A DNA stretch of 64,000 bases from Eledone cirrhosa (GCA_964016885.1 OZ024741.1:367412001-367476000); one strand, 5' to 3'. Counted from the first letter of the stretch, positions 11,866-26,149 are shown. Numbers and translations: made by a program. The notes: generated from the letters alone by a model not told the origin.

Positions 11866-12552
11866 TCTTCCTCTGGCACAGAAGCCTGAGCATTTTGTAT
11901 AGTAGGCTCGAAGTGCTGTCGGGTCCGTTGGCATTCTTATCAAGTGACAAAGCCCTTTTACACACAGTTGAGCTAAGAGCCGGTTGAAATGTATTTTTTA
12001 AACGATCAACAAGATCCCAGAACTTTACGAGGTGGGTGAGGTGGAACTCGTCAAATCGGACCAAGGAAACAACGTTTCCATTGACCTTTGTTTTGCTGAT
12101 ACTAACTACCGCTCGCAAATCCAGGCAGAAGGAGCAACATGAAATAAAGTCTCTTGCTCAAGTACATAACGCATCATCACATCAACGCATCATCCAGTCA
12201 GGGAATGACCATCAATTGGCAAAATAGGGCAAATCGATTAAATTGACCCCAGTGTTTGGCTGGTACTTTCTTGTATCGACGCCGTGAGGATGAAAAGTTG
12301 ACCTCGATATAAGTATACAAATATAATAAATCCAAATGCCTCAAATAAACCCAAACAGAGCCCAATATTGCTGCTATTTTAATAGAACAGCCCCAGATGC
12401 ATTATATTTTAAGAAAAAAATCCCAAACCTCCAGAAAATTTAGGATGTTTGCACTGTTGGAAGTTTATATATATATATCGACAGTCGACCGACATTCAAC
12501 CGACATTCGTCAAATCCGACCGAAGGAACAATGTTTCCATTTGTCTTTCTAA

Positions 12553-12773
12553 TTGCTGATACTCTCTATCGGTCGCAATTCCAGGTAGAAGGAGCAACGT
12601 GAAATAAAGTGTCTTGCCCAAGGACATAATGCATCGCCCAGCCTGGATATCGAACTCACAACTTCACGATTGCGAACCCAATTCTCTAACCACTCAGCCA
12701 CACGCCTTCACTAATATATATATACACCCACACACACATACACAGACACACATATATATATATATACCCCCCC

Positions 12774-12833
<60 letters not shown>

Positions 12834-13030
12834 CTGTGTATGTGTGTGTGGGTGTATATATATATTAGTGAAGGCGTGTGGCTGAGTGGTTAGAGAATTG
12901 GGTTCGCAATCGTGAAGTTGTGAGTTCGATATCCAGGCTGGGCGATGCATTATGTCCTTGGGCAAGACACTTTATTTCACGTTGCTCCTTCTACCTGGAA
13001 TTGCGACCGATAGAGAGTATCAGCAATCAG
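12553..13030. mobile_element. tRNA-derived CORE-like SINE present as a head-to-head perfect inverted pair around (TA)n
   Basis: A box TGGCTGAGTGG, B box GTTCGATATCC, central GTCCTTGGGCAAGACACTTTA at 12871-13028 (+), mirrored at 12553-12710 (-). Related pieces at 4766-4830 and 30930-31230. Confidence 0.8.
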
Positions 13031-13150
13031 CAATATATATAATAGGTGGGTTCCAGATGTATATCGTGAGGTGACAACAGTTAAAAAAGTTACTCGTTAC
13101 GTTAGTACAGTAAAAGGCATCTATATTTTATCATATAAATGACTTCTATA

Positions 13151-13198
13151 GGGCTAGACCTATTTCATCTGTAAGAAATCATCATCAGTTCTAGTCCT
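13151..13198 (-). ncRNA. Possible degenerate hammerhead motif (type E)
   Basis: Minus: GGACTAGAA-CTGATGA-TGATTTCTTACAGAT-GAAA-TAGG-TC-TAGCCC; stem I needs a bulge. Confidence 0.4.
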
Positions 13199-13513
13199 AT
13201 ATTTACATTGTGTTGAATCGTATGTACGCAACAACAGGAATATTCTCTATATTTATCTCAGAACATTTTTCCTCCCGGGTGCTATTTATATATGTAGTAT
13301 GTTTTGCTGGTTTTATTTGTTAAATATCTTCCCAATGGAGAAAGATCCGGTTTTTAAACTTTTACACATTGCATGTACTTATTGTTACCTTCATTTTTAT
13401 GGTTGCTTATCTTTACGCATTGTTATGTATTGTATTTTCCTGTATTGTAATATGCTTCTTTACGGCGCCGTATGGCATTGAAAAGAAATCATAGATATTT
13501 GTTATATGATTGA

Positions 13514-13546
<33 letters not shown>

Positions 13547-14816
13547 TGGAGTTGTCGACATCGTTCGAATTGAGGTAGTATGTGTGTGTTTTTATTCGTT
13601 TCATGTTTTAAGGCTGAGTCAGAATAAAGGCAGCGCCCATGATTATGGCTATTCAATTAAGATTGACCTAAAGCTAGAAAATGACGACATCATCAGATTT
13701 CTTCCCCACACAACACATTGCCTATGATTTTCAAATCATTTTGAATGTAATCACGGTTCTTATATGAAATTGTTATGGAAGTGTTTTAGACAAATATAAA
13801 TACTCTAAAACAGTGATTCCCAATGATGAACGCACGCCCCACAAGAGATAGATTTGAATATTTAAAGGGGCAATTTGAAAATGATATTAATGAGAACAAA
13901 CTTCAGGTTTTTCCTTATTACTTTTACAACAAGGCTACTTTGGTACACATTACTGTCGGTAACTATTATCAAATCTCCACTCATGTTGTACATCTGGCAC
14001 CACCTATACGCCAATTTCTTTACACTTTGCATTTGATCATCGCTGTTTTCATATCAAAGCGGAGCATAACAATTTTTTAGTTTTTGAGGTGGGGTATGGT
14101 GCACAAAAAATGGGAAATCACTACTCTAAAACAAGCAATTTTGTATTTTAAAAACAGAAACGGTTTCAAGGCATTTGGTATCGAAAGTGCTAAACACCCA
14201 AAGTACTTTTTTTTCCAACGATTCAACGCACAGATCTGTTTTTCCGTTGTGCAAAGTCCAGTTATGATGGTATTGATCAACTGCTGTTTGAAGTTGTTTC
14301 AAATGTTGACTTACGCAAGGAATGGAATGGACCTCCACTGATTTCCTCGATGAGCATTATTTGATCTATGGAACGGCCTACTTGTGAAATTAACGTGTAC
14401 GTATCTGAGTATTCCATAGACACGCGTACATAGAATTTCAATCAACTGAGATGACCGTCAAAATTTTATGACTGAAACTCTTTTTAGTGGTGTTCAGATA
14501 AAGAGAAACAAGTAATTGAGATAACCCCTATAAACTGAGCAAATTCAAGTCTTTTAGAACAATACAAGACAATGCTCCCCCCCCAGGCATTTTCAACCAC
14601 ATTCTTTGTTCACATACAAAGACACATATACGCACACACATACATATATGTGTAACTGTTTTTCTGGTCAAGTGGTATATCAGAGATGGTTGAGGTCCTG
14701 GTCATGGGTTCAATATTTATCAGTCCCTATATTTCGGATGTACCATCCATTGTCAAAGGGTCCGAAAGGAACCCCAAGGAATGTCGAAGAGGACCATTTT
14801 AAGCCTCTGTGTAGCT

Positions 14817-14899
<83 letters not shown>

Positions 14900-15133
14900 G
14901 GGGCAAATACATTCGATGTTAAGAGAGTGGGATTGGCTCCATGCAATCATGCAATACCTTTCCGCACTTAAAAAAGCTACAAACACAGGCATTGCTTGAT
15001 ATGTGACATTTTTTGCGATGCATGGTATTGCTGGCCATAGGCAAGTCCCTAACAGGACTAAAAAGCCACGTCCGTGATGCTCATGCTTAAGTATCAAGTG
15101 ATGGCATTACTCGAGTTGCAGCCATCATATATG

Positions 15134-15165
<32 letters not shown>

Positions 15166-15509
15166 TATATTTATATTTTTATATCTATATAGATATATAA
15201 ATATATATTGTATCCTCCCTTGTGGTCGAGTAAAACTAGGCTGGAAGATGACCTACTTCTAGCGCTCATTTACGTACCAAATATTCATCTATTACTGTTC
15301 TTTGTCTCGGCTGCTTACCCTGTAACATTTTCCCTATTTGGCAAAAAATCCTAATGTGGGCAAGTCCCCTAAAGAACCAATATTTGATGTCCTGACGTAT
15401 TACAATATCTAATATAGATTTTACCCGGCGAAACCACGCAAGCGTCATCTGAAGTAAGTAAGTTAATTTCTTACGATTTTACCTAGCTTTTCCCACTTGT
15501 AAATATATA

Positions 15510-15543
<34 letters not shown>

Positions 15544-15749
15544 GAGTCTGAACGGACGTCTTTTTGCTCGCTCCCGTAAGTTCACTTATTTACCTATCAA
15601 AACTGATTTATTGAATTTGTGTTGTTGTGTAAGGCATACAAGCCCTTGGACTTTGCCCTGTGAAGGGGAAAGAATAATATTTGGGCCTTTTGGCCCAAAT
15701 ATTTGAACTTTTTTTTACATTTTTAAAAGATTATCGAGAAGAAAAAAAC

Positions 15750-17697
15750 ATGGCTGAGCCACGCCTCCCAGTGATATGTCTGCTGTCGTGCGACAACGAC
15801 GTACAAGTTGAGAGGAGCGCTACAGCGAAATTAACACAAATTGATAACACAAACACCACCAAGGCACCAATGATAACAACACTGAGAACTCTAATTTTGA
15901 AAAAAATGACAGTAACAGCGACAACGAAAATACAGATAACGAAAAAAAAAAAAATGACAAATGCAACAACAATATCAACACCACCAACATGAAAACAAAC
16001 AGCGACAACACCAACAGCAACAATACCAACTGCACCGAGAACAACGGTGGCAACAAAGACAAAAATGATAACAGCGACAGTGATAACAACAACACCAACA
16101 AGAACAACGACAACGACAACAACACCCCCAACGAAAACAAGTAGAACACTTTCGCTGCGGCAGCAGCAAAAAAGAGGCCATGCTTCAACATGGACCTCTC
16201 AAACAAAGATGAAAAGTTGGCCCAGGCATGGAAGCTCATCAAGCAAGAGCAAACCTGGGCCAACTTAACTGTCCCGGTAGAAGCTATTGAGGCAGTGGAG
16301 CGCAGAACGGTGCATTATAGATGCATCTCAGCACAAACCAAAAGGGCAGCTTTAATCCCACAAGCAGATGTCGAAGTCGCACTGAGGTGCATCAGAGAAG
16401 ACACCGAATACATAGCGAGGGCAGACAGTACGGCACCATTTCGGTGCTGTTCAAGTCAGAAGCCCTCGCTATGAAACACGCTATGACTCCTTTCGAAACC
16501 AGCAAGGTCATAATGTACCCCTCCCACATGGAAAAAAGAACGGCCCGTCTCCGCATTCCCAGAATCCCACCAGGACTTGACATGTGGTGGCTTCTGGGAT
16601 GTGTGATTGTGGAGGGGACGGATACCGTCCCGATAGAAGTGACCAGAACGGCCAGAGAGGACTGGTCCGGGGTTGACCTGGAGGTCCTTCTCCAGATCAG
16701 GCCAGAGAATGTGAAGACAATCCCGGACCACATCCGCCTTCAGAATGGGACGGTCATTCATATTATGACCGAATGTAAAAAGCCGCATTGTTTTGTTTGC
16801 GGGGAAAAAACCCATTTGCGAGCCTTCTGCCCTCAACTGCTGAAAGATGCAAGGGGTCGAAAGGCTCCACTGCTGCCGACGCCGGGGCGAGGACGACAAC
16901 CAACACCAGCACCGGCAAAACCACCAACAACAATACCAATAGAAAGACCACCACCAACATTGACCACCCAGGGGGGGAAACGAGGAAAGCTGTCAAATCC
17001 CCCCCCCCCAATATACACACCAATAAAACCATAAGCACACACACAGACACACTTACAGACACAGACCCCTCATCTACCAGTAGTGAAGATGAGGAAAAAC
17101 CAAAATCCCCCAAAATACAAAAAAGGAAACACAAAAAGAAAAAAAAAATCAAGAAAGCACAAAATCACACACAATAAAAAACGCAGACACCACCCACGCA
17201 AACATCTCTCCAATAACACCAACATCAACATCACCATCACCAGAATCCCCCAAACGCAAACAACCTAAACAGGCGCAAGAACAAATATACACACAAACAT
17301 CGCACTCACAACAAACTCAGACACAACCGAAACAACACTACCAAAACCATCACCACCACAGCCACGCAAACAAATAAAATCACACCAACAATACATACAA
17401 AACTTCGTGCTCGTCAGGAGGGCCAACAAGGAACTGATGGCCCTCGTAGTACGAAGTGAAAATATACAAAAAGATGGGGAAATTTTTAAATCGAGCACAT
17501 TTCGCGTGCCGGAAGATTTGTTTCTGGTGCGAATGTCGCTCGATTTATACAAAGAAATACGAGACAGCTTTCCTCGGGACGTGGGAACCCCGAACGTAAA
17601 ATCCACTTCAAGACTTTTAAAGGGGTTCCCAAAAGAAACCCCACCAACTATAGAGGTCGAACCACCCGACCTTCACAAGAGCCCGGAAGGTAAGTAA
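15750..17697 (+). pseudogene. LINE ORF1 (nucleic-acid-binding protein with CCHC knuckle), frameshifted
   Basis: CFVCGEKTHLRAFC in ORF 16321-17034; N/D-rich N-terminus and P/T/K-rich C-terminus split across frames. Confidence 0.75.
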
Positions 17698-17729
17698 ACC
17701 TTTCCTCTCTCTCTTTTTAACCTGCCAAC

Positions 17730-20700
17730 ATGGCCGTATTAAGAGTAGGAAGTTTAAATGTTCGAGGCCTGGGATCGTCCTGGAAGCAGGGTCACCTGCT
17801 CAACAACCTCAGGTCTCTAGAAATGGATGTAATTGCCGTCAGCGAGACCAGGTTTTCCGACACGCGCGTACTAGCCCCCATTTTCGACGACTATCAGATC
17901 TTTGCATCTGTTAGCCGGCCGGAAATGGGAGGCGGGGTGGCAGTGCTATTTAGGAAAGGCCTGGATCTCGAGGTAAGGTCGATCTTCCGGGACCCGGACG
18001 GGAAGTTGGTGGTCCTGGACGTGAACAATAACGAAGGTGGTGCCTTTAGACTGGTGGCCGTCTATGCTCCTACTGGGGCAGCACGGCCGGACTTCTTTAG
18101 ACGCATGGAAGCCTTTCTGGGTACGTCTCTCCCTTTACTGTTGGCGGGGGACTGGAACGGCATCTTAGACGCACGCCTATTCAGATCACAAGTTTGTGAC
18201 CTGTGTGGTCGACCTAGATAAGACGCGTAGGTTAGGACCTGGTTACTGGAAGCTAAACATGTCATTTCCGGCACGTAAGGCTTACAAGGACCAGGTCAAC
18301 AATTTAGTTAAGAAAAAGTTGACAGGGGGAGTCGTCAACAATAGATGGTGGGGGGCTGTCAAAAGAGAGATTAGAGTAATGTCGATAGAGTTTAGCAAAG
18401 AAGTAGCGTTAGAGAAAAATAGAAAGGAGGGGGAGTTGGTAGATAAGTTAGACGAGGCTATTGGTAGTGGCATTGCAACTGACGTGCTAGCGGCGAGAAT
18501 GGCATTAGACCATTTCTTCAATGCGAAACACGAAGGTTGCATTGTCAGAGCTAAGGCGCGTGTTCTGAGAAACGAAGGAACCAAAGCTGTTCGATGGGCC
18601 CTCGTGGCAGAGGCGCAGCGTGGTAATAAAACCACGATTCGGTCTTTAACGGACCGAGACGGACACGAGCTGAGCGATTCCAAGCGGATGTGTGAGGCCT
18701 TTCGCCAACATTTTGCTCGGTTGTTCGGGGGGAAGTGGAGGGTCAGAGATGGTGGTGGACTTCAGTCCCTACCTCGATGGCTTGCCGCAACTCTCGACGG
18801 CTGACGCTGGGCGCTGCGAAAGGCCAATTACTTCAGCCGAGATTCAGGATGCCCTTGTCGGCTGCATGAAGCGCAAGTCACCCGGTTTGGATGGTCTGCT
18901 CTACGAGCTTTACGTAACTATGCCAGACTTGTTCTCCAATCTCCTCGAAGCCCTCTACTGCAACTGGCAGCAAAACGGGAGTATTCCCAGTTCAGTGAGC
19001 CGGGGAGTAGTGGCGCTGATAAGGAAAGACGAGAACAAGAGGGACACATTAGACAATTTCAGGCCCATAACTCTGCTCAACACAGAGTATAAGATTTTGG
19101 CCAGGGTGTTAGCGAAGAGGTTGGCGCTTGTCGTCGGGGATTTGGTTGGGGAGGCGCAAACTTGCGCAATCCCAACCAGGTCCATACACGACAACCTCCA
19201 CCTAATACATCATAGAGAGGGTAGGATGTAAACCTGACTTCGGTAGGGCTCTGATCAATTTAGATCAATCGAAAGCATTCGATTGGGTCGACCATCGGTA
19301 CCTGGAGGCTGTCCTCAAGGCGGCTGGCTTCGGCCCCGTCTCCAGAAGCTGGATCGCTGCAATGCACAGCGGCACCTGCTCGGTGGTCAAAATTAATGGC
19401 CACCCCTCGGAACCGTTTCAGGTGTCCCGATCGGTCCGTCAAGGGTGCCCTCTCTCCTCCCTTCTGTACGTATTGACTCTCGAGCCTTTAGTGCAGAAGC
19501 TGGAGCTGTTGCAGGGCATCCCGCTCGAACCGGGACGCGGAAAGGCTGTGTCGGCTTATGCCGATGACATCACCGTGATAGTGTCGGACACCTCAGAAAT
19601 CGAGGTGGTCGGCAACTTATTGGAGGAATATGAAAGGTTGACGGGAGCAAAACTTAACCCGGAAAAGTCGGTGGGCTTGCAACTCGGCACCTAGAGAGGC
19701 AAGTCCATGCCGTCCAACAGCGTCGTTAGGCGCTGGACGGACGGACCGGTAAAGTTGCTCGGGGTTTGGTTCGGGCCAGACCTCCAGGTGGATAAGAATT
19801 GGGACGAGGTGATGGGCAGGGTAGCCAGTCTCACCCAGAAATGGGCTGGTATGAAGCTATCACTGAAAGGTCGGGCGGAGGTGGCGAACGCGTACATCAC
19901 GTCCGTCATCTACTACCGTCTGACCGTCGTCCCTTGCTCCCGTTCGCGCCATCTTGGAGCGGCTACTCTTTAAATTCTTGTGGAGGGGTCAGGTTCCTCT
20001 GGTGAGGCGGTCTATCTGCTGCCAGCACCCTCTATGTGGAGCACTGGGCATGCCGTGGCTAATGATGCGCAGACACGCGCTGAGGCTGCGGCATCTCCAG
20101 ATATTCTGCCTAAACGGTGAACAGTTGTGGTCGCCGTTTGTCAGACGGGCCTTTCAGCAGCTCGTTTCTTTGACTGAGCTGCAGTCCTGGGTCAAGAAGA
20201 GACTGGGTGACTGGCATCTGGAATGTTGCCAGGCACTCACTGTCCTCTACCAGGCGGGCAATGCGGTCAGTGGAACTTCCACTCTCGAGTTCTATAGAGG
20301 ATTAGTGGTGGGCAAGTGCGACGACGCACTCGGAGAGGCTCTGGGAGTCGACGAAGTCGAACTAACCAGTCTGTACCGGAGGACTTTCGAGCCGGGGACG
20401 ATGGATAATTTCCAAAAATCCCTCGCTTGGCAGTGCTACCGGGGGGCACTGCCGGTTCGAGATAAACTCTACAGGCACGGAAGTGCTGTCAGACGGACCT
20501 GCCCGAGATGCGCGCAGAGCGACGAAACCGTTCTGCACGCACTCGTCCAGTGTCCGTGCATTACTGACTTGTGGAGTTATGTTGAACAGCTGTTGTCGCG
20601 TCTAGAACGGATCCGGCTATCGGCCGAGTCCATAGTGAAGATCACCTTCTTTTGGCCAGGAAGAGCAGGAAAGTTTCCTGTCTGGTGGCAGTAGCAAAAG

Positions 20701-20906
20701 AGGTTGTATGGTGGACGGGGTTGAAAGGACTGAAAACAGACACTTTTCTCTTCGACCAATCCCTCATCAACTTTTTCAAGTTTCACTTGGAAAGGAAGGT
20801 GAGGGTGGAGAGAGAAGTGCTGCCCCCCAGTACATTTGCTGAAAGGTGGGTGAATGTGGCGAGAATGGCCCGTGTGAGTGGGCCTACTCTGGTCATGCGG
20901 CTGTAG
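17730..20906 (+). pseudogene. LINE ORF2 (APE endonuclease + reverse transcriptase), multiple frameshifts
   Basis: SLNVRGL, SET, VYAP, GDWN, GPGYWKLN, KSPGLDGL, NFRPITLLNTEYKI, VRQGCPLS, AYADDI, CPRCAQSDETVLHALVQC. Confidence 0.92.
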
Positions 20907-21202
20907 GTAGGTAAATTTGAAGAGGAGAGGGGTGCCCTTCCAAGGTGCTCTCGAAGCGTCGGGTCGTTCAGGACTGGTGGGGTACCTGAGCGAACCCTAG
21001 GTGGTCATCCCCCCTATTGGGGAATTTTTTCTTGTTGTAATTTTATTGTTACTTTATTGTTACTTTGTTATTGTTACTTTGTTTATTCATATTGTTTACT
21101 CGATTTTTCTGTAAAATCCCACTGTCCCAGTCTTTTGTATTGTCCCCTATATGTCGGCCCTTGTGGCCAATAAATGAAATCATCATTATTATTATTATTA
21201 TT

Positions 21203-22052
21203 TGAGTCTCAGTCATTGAGACTGGAAAGTTTGTTGAAATGAATATCAAGCCGCTACCTGCAGCCTCAGATATTCAGGACGTATCGGAGGGTTCTTGCTG
21301 TTCCCAGCAAGCTTGCCTTTTGAAGTGTTCCAAAAAACGGGGCTGGACTAATCTTCTTTAACTATCCTTGGAAACTCTTTGAGATAGTACCTAGTGCGCC
21401 TATGACAATTGGGACGACCTTGATTTCATGGCAGTTCCAAATCCTTTTTAACTCCCACTTTAAATTCTGGTATCGGTTAATTTTCTCCCTTTCCTTTTCT
21501 TGCACTCTCGTGTCAAATGGGCAGGCTACATCTACAATCAGGCACGATATTTTTTCTTTGTCTAAAACCACCAGGTCAGGTCTATTGTGTTCTAATTTCT
21601 TGTCCGTCTGTATCCTAAAATCCCATAGCACCTTCACCTGATTGTTCTCTATCACCGACTCTGGCTAATGCTCATACCACTTCTCCGAATGTGGTAAATT
21701 GTTTAGTTTGCATAGGTGCCAGTGGATCACCTTTCCTATCATATCATGTCTCCAGCCTTTATAGTGAGTCTGGGCTAGGTGTTTACACTCGGATACAATA
21801 TGAGCCAAATCCCCCCCCTCTCTCTCTCTCTCTCCCTCTCTCTCTCTCCACAGATCCTACACAGTGAGCTAGCCTCCTCCTTGTCAATATAGTGTTTCAC
21901 CCATTTCGTTCTGAGGGCTTGCTCTTGCGCAGCTTTTAGCATTCTTTCTGTAGGTTTTTTTAAGGTCTCCTCTTTTTAACCAGTTCCATGTCTGTGGATC
22001 TCTGAATTCCGTTTTCTTAAAGAAGGTGCTATGAAGGCATTTTTCATGAAGG
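21203..22052 (-). mobile_element. R4/Dong-like non-LTR retrotransposon 3' fragment (restriction-like endonuclease)
   Basis: VLWDFRIQTDKKLEHNRPDLVVLDK..IVDVACPFD..EKINRYQNL..VPIVIGALG; (TAA)n at both ends on the minus strand. Confidence 0.85.
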
Positions 22053-22062
22053 TTATTATTAT

Positions 22063-22460
22063 TAAAGGGCGGTGGATTGGCAGTATCGGTAGAGGGTCGG
22101 ACGTCATGCTTTGACGCATAGAGTTACGGCCCTTTCCATTCTGAGTTCAAATCCCGCCGAGGTCAACTTTGCCTTTCATCCTTACAGGATCGATAAAATA
22201 AAGTACCAGTAATGTACTGGGTAATTGTTGGCCTTGTGCCAAAAGTAGAAACAATTATTATTATTATTATTTGGATTGGCAGTATTGGGAGAGGGTCGGA
22301 CGCCATGCTTTGACGTATAGAGTTACGGCCCTTGCCATTCTGAGTTCAAATACCGCTGAGGTTAACTTTGCCTTTCATCCTTACGGGGTCGATAAAATAA
22401 AGTACCAGTAATGCACTGGTTAATTGCTGGCCTTGTGCCTAACGTAGAAACAATTATTAT
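22063..22460 (+). mobile_element. Two tandem copies of a tRNA-derived SINE
   Basis: A-box-like TGGCAGTATCGG, B box GAGTTCAAATCC, body GGTCAACTTTGCCTTTCATCC..GATAAAATAAAGTACCAGT, tail GTAGAAACAATTATTATT. Confidence 0.88.
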
Positions 22461-22792
22461 TAATAGTAATAAATGGAAAATATCACTATAGCATCATATT
22501 TATTTTATTATACGTATTTCAAGGATACCAAATTATGGTATGTTTTCATCAGATAAAATACAATGTTTGATGTATAAGATAGTGATATACCCAAAGTATA
22601 AACTTTCTACTCCAGCTTACAGTGGGCATGTAAGCTGAAGTTGAAAGTTTATACTTTGAGTATGTCACTATCTTATACATCAAACATTGTATTTATCTGA
22701 TAAAAGCATGCCATAATGTGGTATCCTTGAAATACGTATAATAAAATAAATATGATGCTATAGTGATATTTTCCATTTATTACTATTAATAA
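22458..22792. mobile_element. Palindromic hammerhead cassette (type F)
   Basis: Arms of ~160 nt around a 9-nt spacer near 22625. Minus 22503-22558: TTTTAT-CTGATGA-..-GAAA-TACGTA-TA-ATAAAA. Plus 22692-22745 has the mutated core CTGATAA. Confidence 0.8.
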
Positions 22793-22889
22793 TATGATAA
22801 TACTCCAGATGAAATTTCCAGTAGAGTGCTTCATGTCTGTTATGAGCATAACTCTGTTGAATATTCATCAACTAAGCATATAAGTCATT

Positions 22890-22941
<52 letters not shown>

Positions 22942-23375
22942 TTACATATATTAAGCATTACCGCCAACCCCAGCCAGTTCGCTACATCTGCTATAATTTG
23001 CCGACCGACTAGCTGTTAATGCCACACGTGGAATGCTGGCACCAACTTTAAAATTTAGTAGTAAGGTTGATTTTCAGAAATCCCTATTAATATTGCTGGC
23101 CGATGAAATTTGTACGGAATTTGCTGGTTTTGGATTTATTATTAGTCGAAGATAAGCGGTTCCTCCACAGAATTTAAAACAGTACTGTACAAGCTTAGAT
23201 GTTGATTTTTGTGCGCTAAACTGAGAGGATACTGGTTGAAACAATAATTACACTAATTTTATAGCATAGACTTCTGGCTGGGAATGTTGTATTACAATTA
23301 ATCCTACGTGTGCTCCAAATGAGTTTGTTAAGCAAATTGTAAACGAGATCGAAATCACTGGATATCGATCTAAAC

Positions 23376-23476
<101 letters not shown>

Positions 23477-23478
23477 TA

Positions 23479-23540
<62 letters not shown>

Positions 23541-23544
23541 TGTT

Positions 23545-23613
<69 letters not shown>

Positions 23614-23696
23614 ATTCCGGTATTTGCAATCGTTTTTGCAACGAAGACACTGGCTCTAAATTACTCTGAAATATGTAAAATAAGTCAAGTAATATT

Positions 23697-23743
<47 letters not shown>

Positions 23744-23823
23744 CAATATTGACTTATTTTACATATTTGAGAGTAATCTAGAGCCAGTGTCTTCGTTGCA
23801 AAAATGATCGCAAACACCGGAAA
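23614..23823. repeat. Imperfect inverted repeat centred on (TA)n
   Basis: TTTTTGCAACGAAGACACTGGCTCTA..ATATGTAAAATAAGTCAA and its reverse complement on the other side of the TA tract. Confidence 0.75.
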
Positions 23824-24033
23824 AGTTAGCAAATGGATTACATTAAATTCATTTTCAAAGTGTTTGTGTTACTGTAGTTATTTATTTTTTTTTAACTCGC
23901 GTATTAGTCGCATTCTTGCCGAGTTTAAAAGATCGTGATTTCTGTGAAGTACATGGATCTTAATCCGACACAGGTGTAAGCACGTAGACACAGAAACATA
24001 AATACACTCACACACACCCATATATACACACAA

Positions 24034-24102
<69 letters not shown>

Positions 24103-25284
24103 CATAGAGAGAAAGAGGGAGAGAAAGAGAGAGAGATGTAAATATGTTAATATTGGATTGTAGATTTATAGTCATATAAATAACAGCAATCATTTACTGA
24201 TAGGATGACACAATACATGTAGCAAAGTTATATATATTATGTTATATGTATCTTGGTTGACTGGTACTCGCGTTTCGCAGAGATAACTGTATATATGTGT
24301 ATGTGTGTATGTATATATATTAGAAAATGAGGTTTTTTTTACAAAATGAAAAAAAAAACGAAACGTCCTACACGAGTGTAAGTATAAGGAAAAAAGATGA
24401 AATCAAAAATGCTACTGGAGTCTTTTTAAGAATATTTATTTCGTTCCTTTACCGGGTTCGCAGTTCTTGTGCTTTTCAAAAGTAGAATTGAGATGGAGGG
24501 TTTGTGGTTTTTCGTATAGGTTGGGCCAGAATTCATGACTCACTTGATTAATTATAGATCTATTAACACAAACTGTTTGAAACAAGTTAAGGACTATAAT
24601 ACCATATACAGGTATAACATCATGAACGGTTAGCACACAAATACTATAACAATACAAATAACAATAAAATAAGCATGTTAAGAAATATAACTAACGATCA
24701 AGTCATGAGTTCTGGCCCACCCTCTATATCAGGAGCCTCGTTTGCCTTAAAAATGTGAAGGGGACAAACCAACATTTGTTTATTCTTAAAGGAGCATGTT
24801 ATTATTGCTTATGGTGCCTTTCCTGGACCCTATCACATAAGTAAGATTTTACGTTAATTAAATTTTATATATTCAAATGAAGTTCAGATATAAAAAAAAT
24901 AAGCTTAAAAAGAATTTATTATATCAAATAAACAAAAAATAGAAGATAGACGTTTGAAAAAGTGGGGGGGGGGCTTGTCCCCTGGTACCCCCTGAAACAA
25001 GGCCCTTGCTGTATATATATAGTGTACCCCTAGCATTCGCTGACACGACATTCACGGTCACGGTTATTCGTGGAATGTTCCTTAGAACCTAACTAATAAT
25101 TGTTCGTGGAAACCACCGCATATTCGCGCAAATATACTTGCACAAAAATTCCATGATTTTTTTTTGTTGATAAATTAATGAATTAAATTAGATAATGTCC
25201 CGTTACACTCAAGCCTACCCTTGTAGCACGGCTCTTTAAATGCTGGACTATTAATAACCCTTCTTGAATAACATCACCATAAAT

Positions 25285-25760
25285 ATAATTGTTTCTACTT
25301 TTGGCACAAGGCCAGCAATTACTTCAGTGAATAACTGGTACGTTATTTCATCGATTCTGTAAGGATGAAAGGCAAAGTTAACCTCAGGGGGGATTTGAAC
25401 TCAGAACGCAAAGGGTCATAACTCTATGCTGCAAAACATACTGTCTGACACTCTACTGATACTGCCAATTTTCCATAAATATAATTGTTTCTACTTTTGG
25501 CACAAGGACAGCAATTTCACCAGTGCATTACTGGTACTTTATTTTATCGACCCCGTAAGGATGAAAGGCAAAGTTAACCTCGGCGGGATTATTTTCCATA
25601 AATATAATGGCAGCGAAGTGGCAGAGTCGGATAGAATGTTTTATGGTATTCGTCCCACCTCAATGGACGCTCTGAGTTCAAATCCCACCGGAGTCAACTT
25701 TTCTTTTCACCCTTTCGAGCTCGATAAAAAAGGTACCAGTCCAGTATTGGGGTCGATTCT
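25285..25760. mobile_element. Cluster of three tRNA-SINE copies (two minus, one plus)
   Basis: Same family motifs as 22063-22460. Confidence 0.82.
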
Positions 25761-26030
25761 TCCTCTATAGAAAAGATCGGCTGTGTTCAAACCTGGAGAG
25801 AGTTGGGTTCCATTAGGTTTTAAAATGCCCTAGACAAGCCGTATGACGGTGCCTCCACGACTCCACAAAGAGTTATGGGATCTTTATCCTATATATATAT
25901 ATAGAGAGGGGGTGGGGTAGAACACTGGAAGATAATATCTTTAGTGGTAGAGCACTCAATCCATGGGACGAGTTTGGTAGAAGTAGTAACACAACAGTTA
26001 GTTCACCATACCGAGAACAATATATATATA

Positions 26031-26073
<43 letters not shown>

Positions 26074-26149
26074 TGGTGTTGGATGCTTAAAGCGTCCGTA
26101 TGCGGTAGGCCGTTTGAGCACTCGATGCTCTCACAGAACATAGTATTTT

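Larger units (their letters stand above)
15544..21190 (+). mobile_element. Near full-length L1/Tx1-type LINE, decayed, between (TTA)n tracts
   Basis: ORF1 with zinc knuckle, ORF2 with APE endonuclease, RT and C-terminal zinc finger; AATAAA at ~21168 followed by (TCA)/(TTA)n. Confidence 0.92.

Noticed and set aside
22063-22160. tRNA gene
   Set aside because: A and B boxes are present but there is no cloverleaf, and the sequence continues into a multi-copy SINE body.
23630-23690. Hammerhead in the TA-centred inverted repeat
   Set aside because: Only CGAAGA...GAAATATGTA is present; there is no CTGA core or convincing stems.
24700-25150. hAT- or Tc1/pogo-like terminal fragments (also near 13810, 29785, 30048, 34550)
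   Set aside because: Short CAG-start motifs only; no paired TIRs, TSDs or transposase could be confirmed.
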